This document shows, in pieces, positions 1 through 8,570 of a stretch of 40,460 nucleotides of DNA (the stretch's first letter is position 1; each line of letters begins with the position of its first letter). The notes beneath the pieces were generated by a model. The model did no database searches. It was not told the origin of the DNA and was given only the letters and a program-made list of their open reading frames with translations. The DNA is from a virus. The stretch lies in the UHGV virus genome UHGV-1390708. One strand, given 5' to 3'. Both the position numbers and the translations under genes were made by a program.

Positions 1-423
1 GTGCGATTTTGCTTAGAGTCCGAAGACTGGGGTGCCTTAAGGAATTGTCTATGACTCATCAAGTACCATGGACTTAGGGTTTGATAGGAGGGTTCATTAG
101 GAGGGGAAAAATAACAGGATAGTTGCTTGTCACGGGGTTAAGGACTCTCAAATAGTAGATCAAAACCGTGGTCCTACATCAAATAGGCCGACGTCACCAG
201 TGGCGGGGCAGCAGTATTACGATTCAACATTAGGGCTGCCTATTTGGTGGAATTCAGTTAGCGGCACATGGAAGAGAGCAGATGGTGTAGATGCATAACA
301 GAAAACTGGTGAAAATTCACCCGTGTGTTTAATCCAAGCCTCAATCGATCGATACTTGCGGTAGTTGATGAGAAAAACTCTGGCACACAAAGCTTTGCGC
401 TATTCGAAGGTGGTTAAAGCTGA

Positions 424-1581
424 TCACTCCACCTTTTCATCAAGCCAGTCCGCCCACCACTGCATCATTTCTCTGCGCTTATCGAGATACTGAGCATGGT
501 TGTAAATTCCGCGCACAGATCCGCCGTTGGCATGTGCAAGTTGCACTTCAATAGCATCAGCAGGCCATTCGTGCTCGTTCATAATCGTGCTGAATTCATG
601 CCTGAATCCGTGACCGCTTTCCAGGCCCTCATAGCCGATTCGTTTGATCACAAGTAATACCGCGTTCTCGCAGATTGGCTTCTTCTTATCGTTGCGCCCG
701 GAAAAAACAAACTCTGATACTTGTTTGGTGATTGAGCTTAGCGTAGTGAGAAGTTCAATCACCTGGTCTGACATAGGAACAACATGAATTTTGCGTCCCT
801 TCATCACACTGGCGTCGATGGTGATAATCCTGTTTTCAAAATCGACGTTCTTCCATTGCATGGAGCGAAGCTCTTTCGTTCTTAGGGCTGTGTAGCGTAA
901 AACTTTGGTCGCAATGAGCGATACGATACTTCCTGAAAATGTTGCCAGTGCTTTGTTGAATGCCGGGATCTGGTCGGCAGGTAAAAATGGGAAGTTCTTC
1001 TTGCGGTATCCCTTCATGGCGTCTGCAAGGTCAGGTGCCGGGTTGTATTTAGCCCTTCCGGTGACAATAGCGTAACGGAAAACTTCGCCGCATCTTCTGC
1101 GGGCTTTGTTGGCTCGCTCCATTGCACCGCGATCTTCAAACCTGCGGATTACTTCCAGCAGTTGCATCGGCTCAATATCCTGAATCTCAAGACCGCCGAT
1201 GATGGGTAAAATGTCGTCATCAAACATTTTGGCAAGTTCAGTCGCATAGCCTACTGACCAGACTTGCTTCTTGTGCTCGTACCATTCTTTGTAAATCGCA
1301 CTAAAGGAATTGTTGTTAGACGAAGCCTTTTTCGCCTTTACCGGATCGATGCCAACCGAGATGTCTTTCCTCGCAGTCCATGCCTTATCCCTTGCCTCCT
1401 GCAAAGTCATTAGCGGATATTTTCCTACGGTCAGGACTTTCTCCTTACCGTCAATCTTGTAGCGAAGCTGCCATACCTTTTTCCCGGATACAGGGACATA
1501 AAGGTACAGGCCATTACCATCTAGAAGGCGGTATGGTTTTTCTTTCGGCTTTGCTGCTTCAATCTGCTTAACGGTGAGCAT
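424..1581 (-). CDS. int: Tyrosine integrase (tRNA-targeting, P4-like family)
   Basis: ORF 424..1617; N-terminus 'KQIEAAKP..YRLLDGNGLYLYV..GKKVWQLRYK..GKEK' resembles the arm-binding domain of this family; C-terminus has 'HGFRHEFST' and 'RGIYNHAQY' catalytic-type motifs. Start placed at the internal Met (MLTVKQ) by family pattern; could extend to 1617. Confidence 0.88.
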   Translation of the reverse strand: MLTVKQIEAAKPKEKPYRLLDGNGLYLYVPVSGKKVWQLRYKIDGKEKVLTVGKYPLMTLQEARDKAWTARKDISVGIDPVKAKKASSNNNSFSAIYKEWYEHKKQVWSVGYATELAKMFDDDILPIIGGLEIQDIEPMQLLEVIRRFEDRGAMERANKARRRCGEVFRYAIVTGRAKYNPAPDLADAMKGYRKKNFPFLPADQIPAFNKALATFSGSIVSLIATKVLRYTALRTKELRSMQWKNVDFENRIITIDASVMKGRKIHVVPMSDQVIELLTTLSSITKQVSEFVFSGRNDKKKPICENAVLLVIKRIGYEGLESGHGFRHEFSTIMNEHEWPADAIEVQLAHANGGSVRGIYNHAQYLDKRREMMQWWADWLDEKVE

Positions 1582-1830
1582 GGGTAAAAATCCGGTGGGT
1601 AAAATTATTTTATCCACTTTTTACCCGTCATGGAGTGCGGCTGTCAACGATCTGAAGCGAACCATGACGAACTGTGAATCTACTGAAGGCTTGATATTCA
1701 GGGGATTTTGCGGACTGGTACGGATGGGAGCGAACTGATAAATGGTGTCCCCTGCAGACATCTACTTGAAGCAGCAGGGGATTGATTGGAATGGTGTTTT
1801 TTAGATGTGAGAAATATTTTACCCGCTATT

Positions 1831-2031
1831 TTACCCATTGGCGCGGCTTAAGAGCTTATTTTTGAATTCACAATGGTCACGATATAACCATCTTGCTCGC
1901 CCGTGGATAACTTTGGCTTTTGGCAGGTCGCCGGACTTAATCCGGTCATAGATGAAGGTTTTACCGAAGCCAGTATCGGCCATGATGAATTTCAAATCAA
2001 CCAGTGAATCAGGTTGTAGTTCGTGTTGCAT
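1831..2031 (-). CDS. xis: Excisionase / AlpA-like small DNA-binding protein
   Basis: 66-aa ORF immediately upstream of int on the same strand; GGAGA Shine-Dalgarno 5 nt before the ATG; HTH-like 'FIYDRIKSGDLPKAKVIHGRARW'. Confidence 0.7.
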   Translation of the reverse strand: MQHELQPDSLVDLKFIMADTGFGKTFIYDRIKSGDLPKAKVIHGRARWLYRDHCEFKNKLLSRANG

Positions 2032-2073
2032 GAGTGCTATCTCCGAATAGGGAATCGAACCTGCAAATCAGGC

Positions 2074-2096
2074 AAGAAAAAACCGCCATCAGGCGG
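2074..2096 (-). terminator. Putative intrinsic terminator (minus strand)
   Basis: Hairpin ccgcc-atca-ggcgg followed on the minus strand by TTTTTTCTT; overlaps the stop of the 55-aa ORF. Confidence 0.45.
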
Positions 2097-2256
2097 CTTG
2101 GTGTTCTTTCAGTTCTTCAATTCGAATATTGGTTACGTCTGCATGTGCTATCTGCGCCCATATCATCCAGTGGTCGTAGCAGTCGTTGATGTTCTCCGCT
2201 TCGATAACTCTGTTGAATGGCTCTCCATTCCATTCACCTCTGACTCGGAAGTGCAT
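2089..2256 (-). CDS. Hypothetical small protein (55 aa, below the ORF-track cutoff)
   Basis: Manual translation MHFRVRGEWNGEPFNRVIEAENINDCYDHWMIWAQIAHADVTNIRIEELKEHQAA; GGAGA Shine-Dalgarno upstream; terminator overlaps stop. Confidence 0.35.
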   Translation of the reverse strand: MHFRVRGEWNGEPFNRVIEAENINDCYDHWMIWAQIAHADVTNIRIEELKEHQAA

Positions 2257-2414
2257 TTATCATCTCCATAAAACAAAACTCGCCGTAGCGAGTTCAGATA
2301 AAAGAAATCCCCGCGAGTGCGAGGATTGTTATTGTCTTTTCTTCGTGCATTTGTCGCACTTTCGGCACCATCCAGATAGGCACATCCGTCCGCAATTAAC
2401 ACATATAGGCCACA

Positions 2415-2693
2415 TCATTTTTCCTCTTTTGGTTTATGAATCTGAATGGTCATGCCGCTTTGAGTGGTGACTACAATGACAGAACCAGGCTGAAGGCTGT
2501 TAAGATTGAATGCTTCGTAAAACGAATCCAAGGCCAGCGCTTTTTTATTCTTTCGGTTCCACCAACGCCATCCCTTGCTACAGGCTACACTGACAATCCA
2601 CTGCCCACTCCTGTAAGCCATATAAAACCAGATGAGCAAAACCTGAAGGAATGCTATCCAGTCAATAATCGTATATTTCGCGAAGGAGTCCAT
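2415..2693 (-). CDS. Hypothetical small membrane protein
   Basis: ORF with hydrophobic segment YTIIDWIAFLQVLLIWFYMAY; ATG overlaps the stop of the upstream gene (TGATG), suggesting translational coupling. Confidence 0.5.
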   Translation of the reverse strand: MDSFAKYTIIDWIAFLQVLLIWFYMAYRSGQWIVSVACSKGWRWWNRKNKKALALDSFYEAFNLNSLQPGSVIVVTTQSGMTIQIHKPKEEK

Positions 2694-3550
2694 CACTTCA
2701 CCTCCTGCTGCGGTGCTGCTGGCATTTCACGCCAGTGCGTAACTGAGTGCGGATCCGGATATTCGGTGCCATCATCCCAGCGATTGCCATTCCACATTGC
2801 AGACCACATCTCACCGTCTTCATACATGACCATTACCGGAATTAACTTATCCGGCATTCGCTCACTACAGCTTATCCAACCATCCGGAGTTACCGGAACT
2901 TGCGGAATGGCTGTCTGCTCTCGAACGTCATTAGGCGCTATAGGTTCTGCTGCCAACTGACTGGCATATTTGTTAATGGTAACGATAAGCTCTTGCTCAG
3001 CCTCATCCAGACAATCACCGATACCTCGCCTGTCACCGTCAAAATCATCGAAATCGGCACGAATCTTGGCAACCTTCTGGATTGCGGACAACACCTCACT
3101 AGGAATTACCGGATAGTTGGTTGACGTTTCCGCGATTTCACGAAAATTATTGGTTGACGAATTCTTGTTTTCCCGAAAGTTTCCGGACTGAAACATGGCT
3201 GCGCGATAGGCGTTCCAGCCGACAGCTTTTCCGTGTTCAAACGCGCTGTCAAAGTCATCATCCATTTCCATCGCATCAGGCACAGATACCGTCTCTGGAG
3301 GGGCGGCGTAAAGCGGAGTTACGGTAATTTCGTATTCGTTAATATCTTCATCGCTGATAGATGCATCAAAGCTTAAAAAGCCAGGTCTACCGAGACCACG
3401 GGCCTGTGCGTCCTGGATGATGTACGCCACAGCCTCAGCTTCGAGCGATGCCAGTGCGATACGCGCCAGCTCCCTTTCTTCTGACGCGGTTGGCTCAGGA
3501 CCGTTGCCGAGGAAAATTTCTTGTGCGCGCTTTTTGGTAATTGTGCTCAT
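2693..3550 (-). CDS. DUF551-type early accessory protein
   Basis: 285-aa ORF; the Trp-rich C-terminus (WISCSERMPDKLIPVMV...WNGNRWDDG) resembles the DUF551 domain common in lambdoid early-left regions (from memory). Confidence 0.65.
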   Translation of the reverse strand: MSTITKKRAQEIFLGNGPEPTASEERELARIALASLEAEAVAYIIQDAQARGLGRPGFLSFDASISDEDINEYEITVTPLYAAPPETVSVPDAMEMDDDFDSAFEHGKAVGWNAYRAAMFQSGNFRENKNSSTNNFREIAETSTNYPVIPSEVLSAIQKVAKIRADFDDFDGDRRGIGDCLDEAEQELIVTINKYASQLAAEPIAPNDVREQTAIPQVPVTPDGWISCSERMPDKLIPVMVMYEDGEMWSAMWNGNRWDDGTEYPDPHSVTHWREMPAAPQQEVK

Positions 3551-4314
3551 GATGTCTCTCCTTTACCGGCTGCGGCGCGGTCTATGCGTTCAATTTCGGC
3601 CAGAATAAGTGCGCCAGCTTTCACAAGGTCACGACGCGGCCCAGATTGCTTCCACCAATCAGGAGCCCACGGCCAATGCGCTGGCGTTGAGAGGCCTTGA
3701 TTGTGTGCGTTAATCGCATAGCAAGCTGCAGCATCTGCCAGCTCACTGTTTTGATAGGCGTCGTCATGCTCCGATGTCCAACCCTCAACAGCCCTCTGCC
3801 GCTGACGTTCTGATATCACATCCAGAAGTGCAGGATTGAACGCCAGCACCTCCAGTTCAGCAATCCGCTTCTCTGCGGCTTCCAGCTTCTCGCGCATATC
3901 GTCAACGTACTCGACCAGAGATCCGCCAGCAGGAATTTCGCATTCCTCGACCAGTTGGAAGTAGATATCAGCTGCGGCCCGTGTGTTGCTATGCCTAGCG
4001 TCGCCCATCTCACCTTCACGAAGAGCATCGCGTTCGGCGGTAAGATTGGCTATTTTGCTGTCTTTGCCTTCCAGCTCAACGCGCAGCCTCCCAACCGTAA
4101 GCGCAATATCCTCGTTCTCCTGGTCGCGGCGTTTGATGTATTGCTGGTTTCTTTCACGTTCATCCAGCAATGCCAGCGCGATATCTGGCGAAAAGTGCTT
4201 CATAAAATCGTTAAGCGCATTAATTCGCTGATCGAAAGGCATTACAGGTGCTTCACCAGCAATTTTTGTTTTTTCAGCGATTTCACGAAGCTTTTGATAA
4301 TCAATCTTGCTCAC
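3547..4314 (-). CDS. Hypothetical early-left accessory protein (coiled-coil)
   Basis: 255-aa ORF, start overlaps upstream stop; position equals the ea region of lambdoid phages. Confidence 0.6.
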   Translation of the reverse strand: MSKIDYQKLREIAEKTKIAGEAPVMPFDQRINALNDFMKHFSPDIALALLDERERNQQYIKRRDQENEDIALTVGRLRVELEGKDSKIANLTAERDALREGEMGDARHSNTRAAADIYFQLVEECEIPAGGSLVEYVDDMREKLEAAEKRIAELEVLAFNPALLDVISERQRQRAVEGWTSEHDDAYQNSELADAAACYAINAHNQGLSTPAHWPWAPDWWKQSGPRRDLVKAGALILAEIERIDRAAAGKGETS

Positions 4315-4799
4315 TGGTTGCCTCCTTTGCGAAGCTCTGCAGCGAAATATACAGCTGCGGAAACAATAGCTGCATGTCGGTACTCACCATCAGAAAATAA
4401 AGAATCTCCCTTAAGTGCATTGACGATACTCTGATGATTTTTTGCCAGCATCTCCACGCCCTGCGCCCGTACTTCAGCCAGAAAAGCATCGGTGGCTTGG
4501 GTTTCGATATCGTTAATTTCAGGAAGAATCTCTTCCCATGTAGCGATATCGCCATTCAAATGCCATCCGGCAATTCCACTGGAGTTATCCGCAACACTCC
4601 GAACGGCTTCAATAGTTTCATGCATTGCCGCATTCTCCGCTGCCAGCGCCGCGCACTTGGCCTCCGCTTCAGCAAATTTACGCACCAGATACTCAGCATT
4701 TGTTTCGTTAACCTTTAAATCACTTGGGATGCATTTACCTTTCAGGAATCCATCCATCTCAATTAGTGACATTTGTTTCATTTTTTCCCACTCCTCCAC
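4311..4799 (-). CDS. Hypothetical early-left accessory protein
   Basis: 162-aa ORF in an overlapping-stop chain with its neighbours. Confidence 0.6.
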   Translation of the reverse strand: MEEWEKMKQMSLIEMDGFLKGKCIPSDLKVNETNAEYLVRKFAEAEAKCAALAAENAAMHETIEAVRSVADNSSGIAGWHLNGDIATWEEILPEINDIETQATDAFLAEVRAQGVEMLAKNHQSIVNALKGDSLFSDGEYRHAAIVSAAVYFAAELRKGGNQ

Positions 4800-4942
4800 A
4801 TCGCATTCAGATATTTGTTGTCATTAACAGAACCGAAACTATTTCTCTTAAGAAATTCCTCTCTCGATGGCATTGGCTTTACGCGTTGGCGAATAATCAT
4901 TTCTGCCGGAAGAATGCCGGGATTGTATGCAAGTCCTCTCAT
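4778..4942 (-). CDS. Hypothetical small protein (54 aa)
   Basis: Manual translation [54 protein letters not shown]; its ATG overlaps the upstream stop (ATGA) and its 3' end overlaps the start of the next gene. Confidence 0.3.
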   Translation of the reverse strand: MRGLAYNPGILPAEMIIRQRVKPMPSREEFLKRNSFGSVNDNKYLNAMWRSGKK

Positions 4943-5229
4943 GATTTACTCTCCACGAACTTGTCAATAGCCATGCTAAGTGACACACCTAAAGTCTCGA
5001 TATGTTGCTGAATATCCTGTAGCGTCTGCGCCTGAGATAACAGGATTTCACGGTTGCATAACTCTTTGACCAGATGCTCAAACTTGCTGTAATAACCGAT
5101 ACGACTTAGTGTTTCTTTCCCTGCATTCTCGCCTTCTTTGATAATTCCTCTTTCGCTAAGAATCAGGTCGTGTTTGGTTCCGGTAATAACGTATTTTCCG
5201 AGGTCGATGTTTAGCTTCATTGTTTTCAT
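4939..5229 (-). CDS. Hypothetical protein (96 aa)
   Basis: ORF 4939..5382 trimmed to the Met preceded by GAGGAA ([13 protein letters not shown]...); this avoids overlap with the upstream 98-aa ORF. Confidence 0.55.
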   Translation of the reverse strand: MKTMKLNIDLGKYVITGTKHDLILSERGIIKEGENAGKETLSRIGYYSKFEHLVKELCNREILLSQAQTLQDIQQHIETLGVSLSMAIDKFVESKS

Positions 5230-5239
5230 TGTTAATTCC

Positions 5240-5536
5240 TCAGTCATTACTGATAGCGCCATAGCGTGAGCGGTAATTACGCAGGCGTGGGTCGATATAT
5301 TCAGGGAAGTGGGTATATGTGGCTTTGCGGAATGGTCGGATTGATGTCTGGTAAATTCGCTCTCGTTCTTCTTTCTCTGCAAGCCATATACAGTGGCGAA
5401 ATTCCTTTTCCTCTTTCGTTTCCTGCGGTAGCGACATTATCCGATCGTAGTTTTTTCTGAATTTATCCAGCACCTCCGATACGGAATTGCCGGAACAGCG
5501 GCGCGGGTCATCCGCACCATACAGAGGCGCTGGCAT
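5240..5536 (-). CDS. Hypothetical protein (98 aa)
   Basis: ORF MPAPLYGADDPRRCSG...; lies just downstream of the recombination genes. Confidence 0.55.
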   Translation of the reverse strand: MPAPLYGADDPRRCSGNSVSEVLDKFRKNYDRIMSLPQETKEEKEFRHCIWLAEKEERERIYQTSIRPFRKATYTHFPEYIDPRLRNYRSRYGAISND

Positions 5537-5559
5537 AATTAAATCCTTATTTTTCTAAA

Positions 5560-5943
5560 TCAGAATGGGATGGAATCGTCGTATACAGGAGTGTTCTGCT
5601 GGTTACTACTTTGCTGCTGCGGGCCATTTCCTGAAGCTGCAAATCCAATCTTTGCATTCAGTAATTCAAGAGTGATTGATTGACCATTTTGCCCCTGATA
5701 AACATCAACCCTGATGTTTTCTCCGGTAATTTCCACAATGCCACCTTCAACAAGAACACTACGGTAGTAATCCGCTTGCGCTCCCGGCTTGGCAAATACA
5801 ACGGCGCTGTAGTTTGTCCATTCTTTCTTTTTTGTCTGGCGATCGTAATACTGAACGCCAGCACGGATGTTGAATCCGATATTTTCCCCGGCCTGAAACT
5901 CTCTTGCGGGCTTGTTTAGTCTTACAGTAATCGAATGTGCCAT
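5560..5943 (-). CDS. ssb: Single-stranded DNA-binding protein (SSB-like)
   Basis: Acidic C-terminal tail ending DDSIPF, the SSB hallmark; OB-fold-like body; start (MAHSITVRLNK) overlaps the erf stop (TAATG). The ORF track's 5' extension was rejected. Confidence 0.75.
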   Translation of the reverse strand: MAHSITVRLNKPAREFQAGENIGFNIRAGVQYYDRQTKKKEWTNYSAVVFAKPGAQADYYRSVLVEGGIVEITGENIRVDVYQGQNGQSITLELLNAKIGFAASGNGPQQQSSNQQNTPVYDDSIPF

Positions 5944-6548
5944 TAAGCAGCCGCTCCTTCTAATTCGTCTCGTCTGATGTTGTAAACGTCCTGCGCTTTG
6001 TGCTGCTCCGGTGTGCCTTCGAGCAGCTTCCACGCTTTGGCGAACGCCTGTTTAAGCTCTTCTACGGTGTTTTTCTGCATTGCTGCGTCAGTGAATGCTT
6101 TTAGAACCTGTTCAGGTGTAGGTGATGGTTTTGATTGCTTTGCTGCTGCGTTCTGCTGATGTTTATGCTCGTCTGTATCTGCATCTTTCGCATCATCTAT
6201 GCCGAACAAACCATTGAGGCAATACTTGCGTGCATAAGAGCTTGTAGCTCCCGTAACTTGTGCAGAATCCATTCCTTTCTTGCTTTCTTCCTCTCGTGCT
6301 AGTGCGGTTGCCGTATGACTGTTTTCGCCATCGGTAATAGTTGCCGTGGCTTTCACATAATACCGATCACCAATCAACACAACTTCATCGCTGATTGATA
6401 AAAACAGGCCATTCAGTAACGGCTTAACGCCTTCAAGAATGTCTTCGCAGCTTCTGTATTTATATTTTCCGAATGAGTTGTACTGATTCTTTGGCGCGTT
6501 CAGATTCTCCTGAATAGCTGCCAGTCTTGCGTAAAATTCTTTGCTCAT
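5943..6548 (-). CDS. erf: Erf-family single-strand annealing recombinase
   Basis: Motif 'NSFGKYKYRSCEDILEGVKPLL' resembles the ERF family; start set at the ATG (MSKEFYARL) 8 nt after the stop of the upstream small ORF; the track's longer form would begin at a TTG. Confidence 0.7.
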   Translation of the reverse strand: MSKEFYARLAAIQENLNAPKNQYNSFGKYKYRSCEDILEGVKPLLNGLFLSISDEVVLIGDRYYVKATATITDGENSHTATALAREEESKKGMDSAQVTGATSSYARKYCLNGLFGIDDAKDADTDEHKHQQNAAAKQSKPSPTPEQVLKAFTDAAMQKNTVEELKQAFAKAWKLLEGTPEQHKAQDVYNIRRDELEGAAA

Positions 6549-6558
6549 ATGATTGTTC

Positions 6559-6729
6559 TCAGAATGGACATGGCCCAAGGAAATAACGCTGATTTAATAC
6601 TTCAGTCTTTGCCGCATTTAAAAATACGCGAACACCTTCACGATCTCCCTTCTGGCGATACATTAACGCCTGCTGCGTGTACATGCGTCTCTGTAACTTG
6701 CTCTCCTTCACTGTGGTTGCAAGTGACAT
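6559..6729 (-). CDS. Hypothetical small protein (56 aa)
   Basis: Manual translation MSLATTVKESKLQRRMYTQQALMYRQKGDREGVRVFLNAAKTEVLNQRYFLGPCPF; strong AGGAG Shine-Dalgarno 7 nt upstream. Overlaps the 6638..6808 ORF in another frame. Confidence 0.35.
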   Translation of the reverse strand: MSLATTVKESKLQRRMYTQQALMYRQKGDREGVRVFLNAAKTEVLNQRYFLGPCPF

Positions 6730-6808
6730 GAATATCTCCTTCGTTACCGATTAATTCTTTCATCTGACGAATGAATTCTTCGTCTGACCAGTTATCTGTA
6801 AAACTCAT
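6638..6808 (-). CDS. Hypothetical small protein (56 aa)
   Basis: MSFTDNWSDEEFIRQMKELIGNEGDIH...; its ATG overlaps the kil stop (ATGA), suggesting coupling; sits where P22 has arf. Confidence 0.3.
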   Translation of the reverse strand: MSFTDNWSDEEFIRQMKELIGNEGDIHVTCNHSEGEQVTETHVHAAGVNVSPEGRS

Positions 6809-6957
6809 TTCCTGCGATACCACGGAAGGTTGATAGCTGATTTCATCGCTTTATTTGCTTCAATCCACATTTTTGAATCACCAATAAATCTGGCTATTAC
6901 TGCTTTGTTCTGTGCTGCACGAAGCATCTGGTGATTGATGGCTATTTCATTGCGCAT
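6805..6957 (-). CDS. kil: Kil-like host killing / cell-division inhibitor
   Basis: Manual translation MRNEIAINHQMLRAAQNKAVIARFIGDSKMWIEANKAMKSAINLPWYRRK; the 'A.FIGD' motif and position after cIII match lambda Kil as I recall it. Confidence 0.5.
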   Translation of the reverse strand: MRNEIAINHQMLRAAQNKAVIARFIGDSKMWIEANKAMKSAINLPWYRRK

Positions 6958-7073
6958 AATAAGACCTCAACTCTTTTCCATCCGTCACGTAATTTACGGG
7001 TGATTCGTTCAAGTAAAGATTCATTTAGTTGGAAGGCACCCATGCGAGCGCCTCCCGCGATTGCGTAAATCAT
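6942..7073 (-). CDS. cIII: CIII (FtsH inhibitor that stabilises CII)
   Basis: Manual translation MIYAIAGGARMGAFQLNESLLERITRKLRDGWKRVEVLLCAMK; central ESLLERITRKLRDGWKR matches the lambda CIII helix; AAGGAA Shine-Dalgarno upstream. Confidence 0.8.
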   Translation of the reverse strand: MIYAIAGGARMGAFQLNESLLERITRKLRDGWKRVEVLLCAMK

Positions 7074-7097
7074 GGGTGGTTCCTTATGTTGGTTTTA

Positions 7098-8066
7098 TTA
7101 GTAGGTTATTTTTGTTGCGAATACTTCGCCTTTTACGATGGCTGTTATGATATTTTTAGCAACATCTTCTGATGCGCCAACCTTGATAAGGTCAGCAAGT
7201 ATTTTGTTATTTACTTCTTTCCGGTGAGCTTTATCCTTTGCTCTACGCTCTTCTTCGTCCTTGATTCTTTTTTCTTCTGCTATTCTGGCTTGCTCTTTTG
7301 CTTCAGCCTCGCGACGGATTCGTTCAGCCTCCTCCTGTGCTTTTCTGCGTTCTGCTTCAATTGCTGCCTGCTTTTCTCTTTCAGCTCGTTCTGCTGCCTC
7401 TTTTGCTTCGCGCTGTGCTCGTTGCTCGGCTTCAATGCGTTCACGCTCTGCACGTTCCGCTGCGGCCTTAGCTTCTGCTTCTCGCCTTGCTGCTGCTTCA
7501 ATTTCGGCTTTTGCCTTTGCTTCGGCTTCTGCTCTGGCTTTCTCTTCAGCTTCTCTTTTTAAGCGTTCTTCATGCTCTCGCTTTTCCTGCTCCGCTTTGA
7601 GTCTTGCCTCTTCTCTTTGGCGGTCAAATTCGCGATCCATCAAAATCGCTATTTCATGGTCAGACTCAATTTGCTTTGCGAGAGCTTCAGCTGCTGCCTT
7701 AGCTTCTTCTTCGGCTTTAATCCGTGCCTGCTCCTCCTCATAATCAGTAAGAGGCTGGCGCGCCTTGGCTTTCAGTTCATCAAGGCGATCGCGCACTGTC
7801 TTGCGGTTGGCATCAATTAGCTTTGGAATTTCCTTCAGTTCAGCAACAAGGTCTTTGCCAAGACCATCGAGATATGTTTTCGTCTGCGCAACTTTATACG
7901 CCAGAGAAGCGATCTCCTTTCTGCCCTTTGCCGTTGTGATATCAGGCACAAAGGACATAACTTCACGTTCAACCTTTTGAAGGATTTCTTCAATCTGGTC
8001 GGCAGACTGAAATACAGTCATTGCATTTGCTTTTTCAATAACAACTAAATCTGTTACTTCACTCAT
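7098..8066 (-). CDS. Hypothetical coiled-coil protein with a long E/A/K/R-rich repeat region
   Basis: ORF 7098..8120 trimmed to the Met (MSEVTDLVV) preceded by GGAGG; about 170 residues of EAKA/ERAERE-type low-complexity helix. Confidence 0.7.
   Translation of the reverse strand: MSEVTDLVVIEKANAMTVFQSADQIEEILQKVEREVMSFVPDITTAKGRKEIASLAYKVAQTKTYLDGLGKDLVAELKEIPKLIDANRKTVRDRLDELKAKARQPLTDYEEEQARIKAEEEAKAAAEALAKQIESDHEIAILMDREFDRQREEARLKAEQEKREHEERLKREAEEKARAEAEAKAKAEIEAAARREAEAKAAAERAERERIEAEQRAQREAKEAAERAEREKQAAIEAERRKAQEEAERIRREAEAKEQARIAEEKRIKDEEERRAKDKAHRKEVNNKILADLIKVGASEDVAKNIITAIVKGEVFATKITY
7230..7750. repeat. Low-complexity coding repeat (GCT/GAA/AAG-rich) inside the coiled-coil gene
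   Basis: Reiterated gctgaagc / gcagaagc units visible in the sequence; they generate the spurious antisense ORFs listed in the track. Confidence 0.6.
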
Positions 8067-8078
8067 ATATCCTCCGTC

Positions 8079-8105
8079 AAAAAAATTGCCCTCACACTGG
8101 AGGGC
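8079..8105 (-). terminator. Putative intrinsic terminator in the leftward operon (tL-type)
   Basis: Hairpin gccctc-acactgg-agggc followed on the minus strand by AATTTTTTT, about 13 nt upstream of the coiled-coil gene's Shine-Dalgarno. Confidence 0.5.
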
Positions 8106-8241
8106 AAAGAAGATTTCCAATAATCAGAACAAGTCGGCTCCTGTTTAGTTACGAGCGACATTGCTCCGTGTATTCACTCGTTGGAATGAATACACAGCGC
8201 AGTGTTTATTCTGTTGTTTATGCCAAAAATAAAGGCCACCA

Positions 8242-8442
8242 TCAGGCAGCCTTGTTATTCTGTTTACCAAGTTCTCTGGCAATCATTGCCGTCGTTCGTA
8301 TTGCCCATTTATCGACATATTTCCCATCCTCCATTACAGGGAACATTTCTTCAGGCTTAACCATGCATTCCGATTGCAGCTTGCATCCATTGCATCGCTT
8401 GAATTGTCCACACCATTGATTTTTATCAATAGTCGTAGTCAT
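8242..8442 (-). CDS. ral: Ral-like restriction alleviation protein
   Basis: 66-aa ORF MTTTIDKNQWCGQFKRCNGCKLQSECM...; matches my memory of lambda Ral in size, sequence and position downstream of N. Confidence 0.6.
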   Translation of the reverse strand: MTTTIDKNQWCGQFKRCNGCKLQSECMVKPEEMFPVMEDGKYVDKWAIRTTAMIARELGKQNNKAA

Positions 8443-8512
8443 ACGGATAGTCCTGGTATTGTTCCATCACATCCTGCGGATGCTCTTCGAACTCTTCAAA
8501 TTCTTCTTCCAT
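8426..8512 (-). CDS. Hypothetical acidic micro-ORF (28 aa)
   Basis: Manual translation MEEEFEEFEEHPQDVMEQYQDYPYDYDY; GAGGTGA Shine-Dalgarno upstream; 3' end overlaps the ral start. Confidence 0.25.
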   Translation of the reverse strand: MEEEFEEFEEHPQDVMEQYQDYPYDYDY

Positions 8513-8570
8513 ATCTCACCTCAAATAAGTGGTTTGCTGCCTAATTTCATTTTCTGGCGACCAACACAAG

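Noticed and set aside
1-423. Expected att site or tRNA 3' fragment beyond the int 3' end
   Set aside because: No tRNA-like 3' end or obvious core repeat could be recognised without the other prophage end or a host reference; left unannotated.
2041-2062. tRNA T-loop-like sequence GGTTCGATTCC on the minus strand, as a possible att core or tRNA fragment
   Set aside because: No flanking T-stem complementarity, acceptor stem or CCA end; it overlaps the xis RBS region, so it is probably coincidental.
2163-2470. Overlapping 79-aa (minus) and 94-aa (plus) ORFs between xis and the membrane-protein gene
   Set aside because: They overlap each other and the better-supported 55-aa ORF, and span terminator-like hairpins; no RBS.
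7224-7980. Plus-strand ORFs (112, 160, 82 and 71 aa) rich in Ser, Ala, Cys and Phe
   Set aside because: They lie antisense to the coiled-coil gene and arise from the low-complexity GCT/GAA repeat; no RBS and implausible composition.
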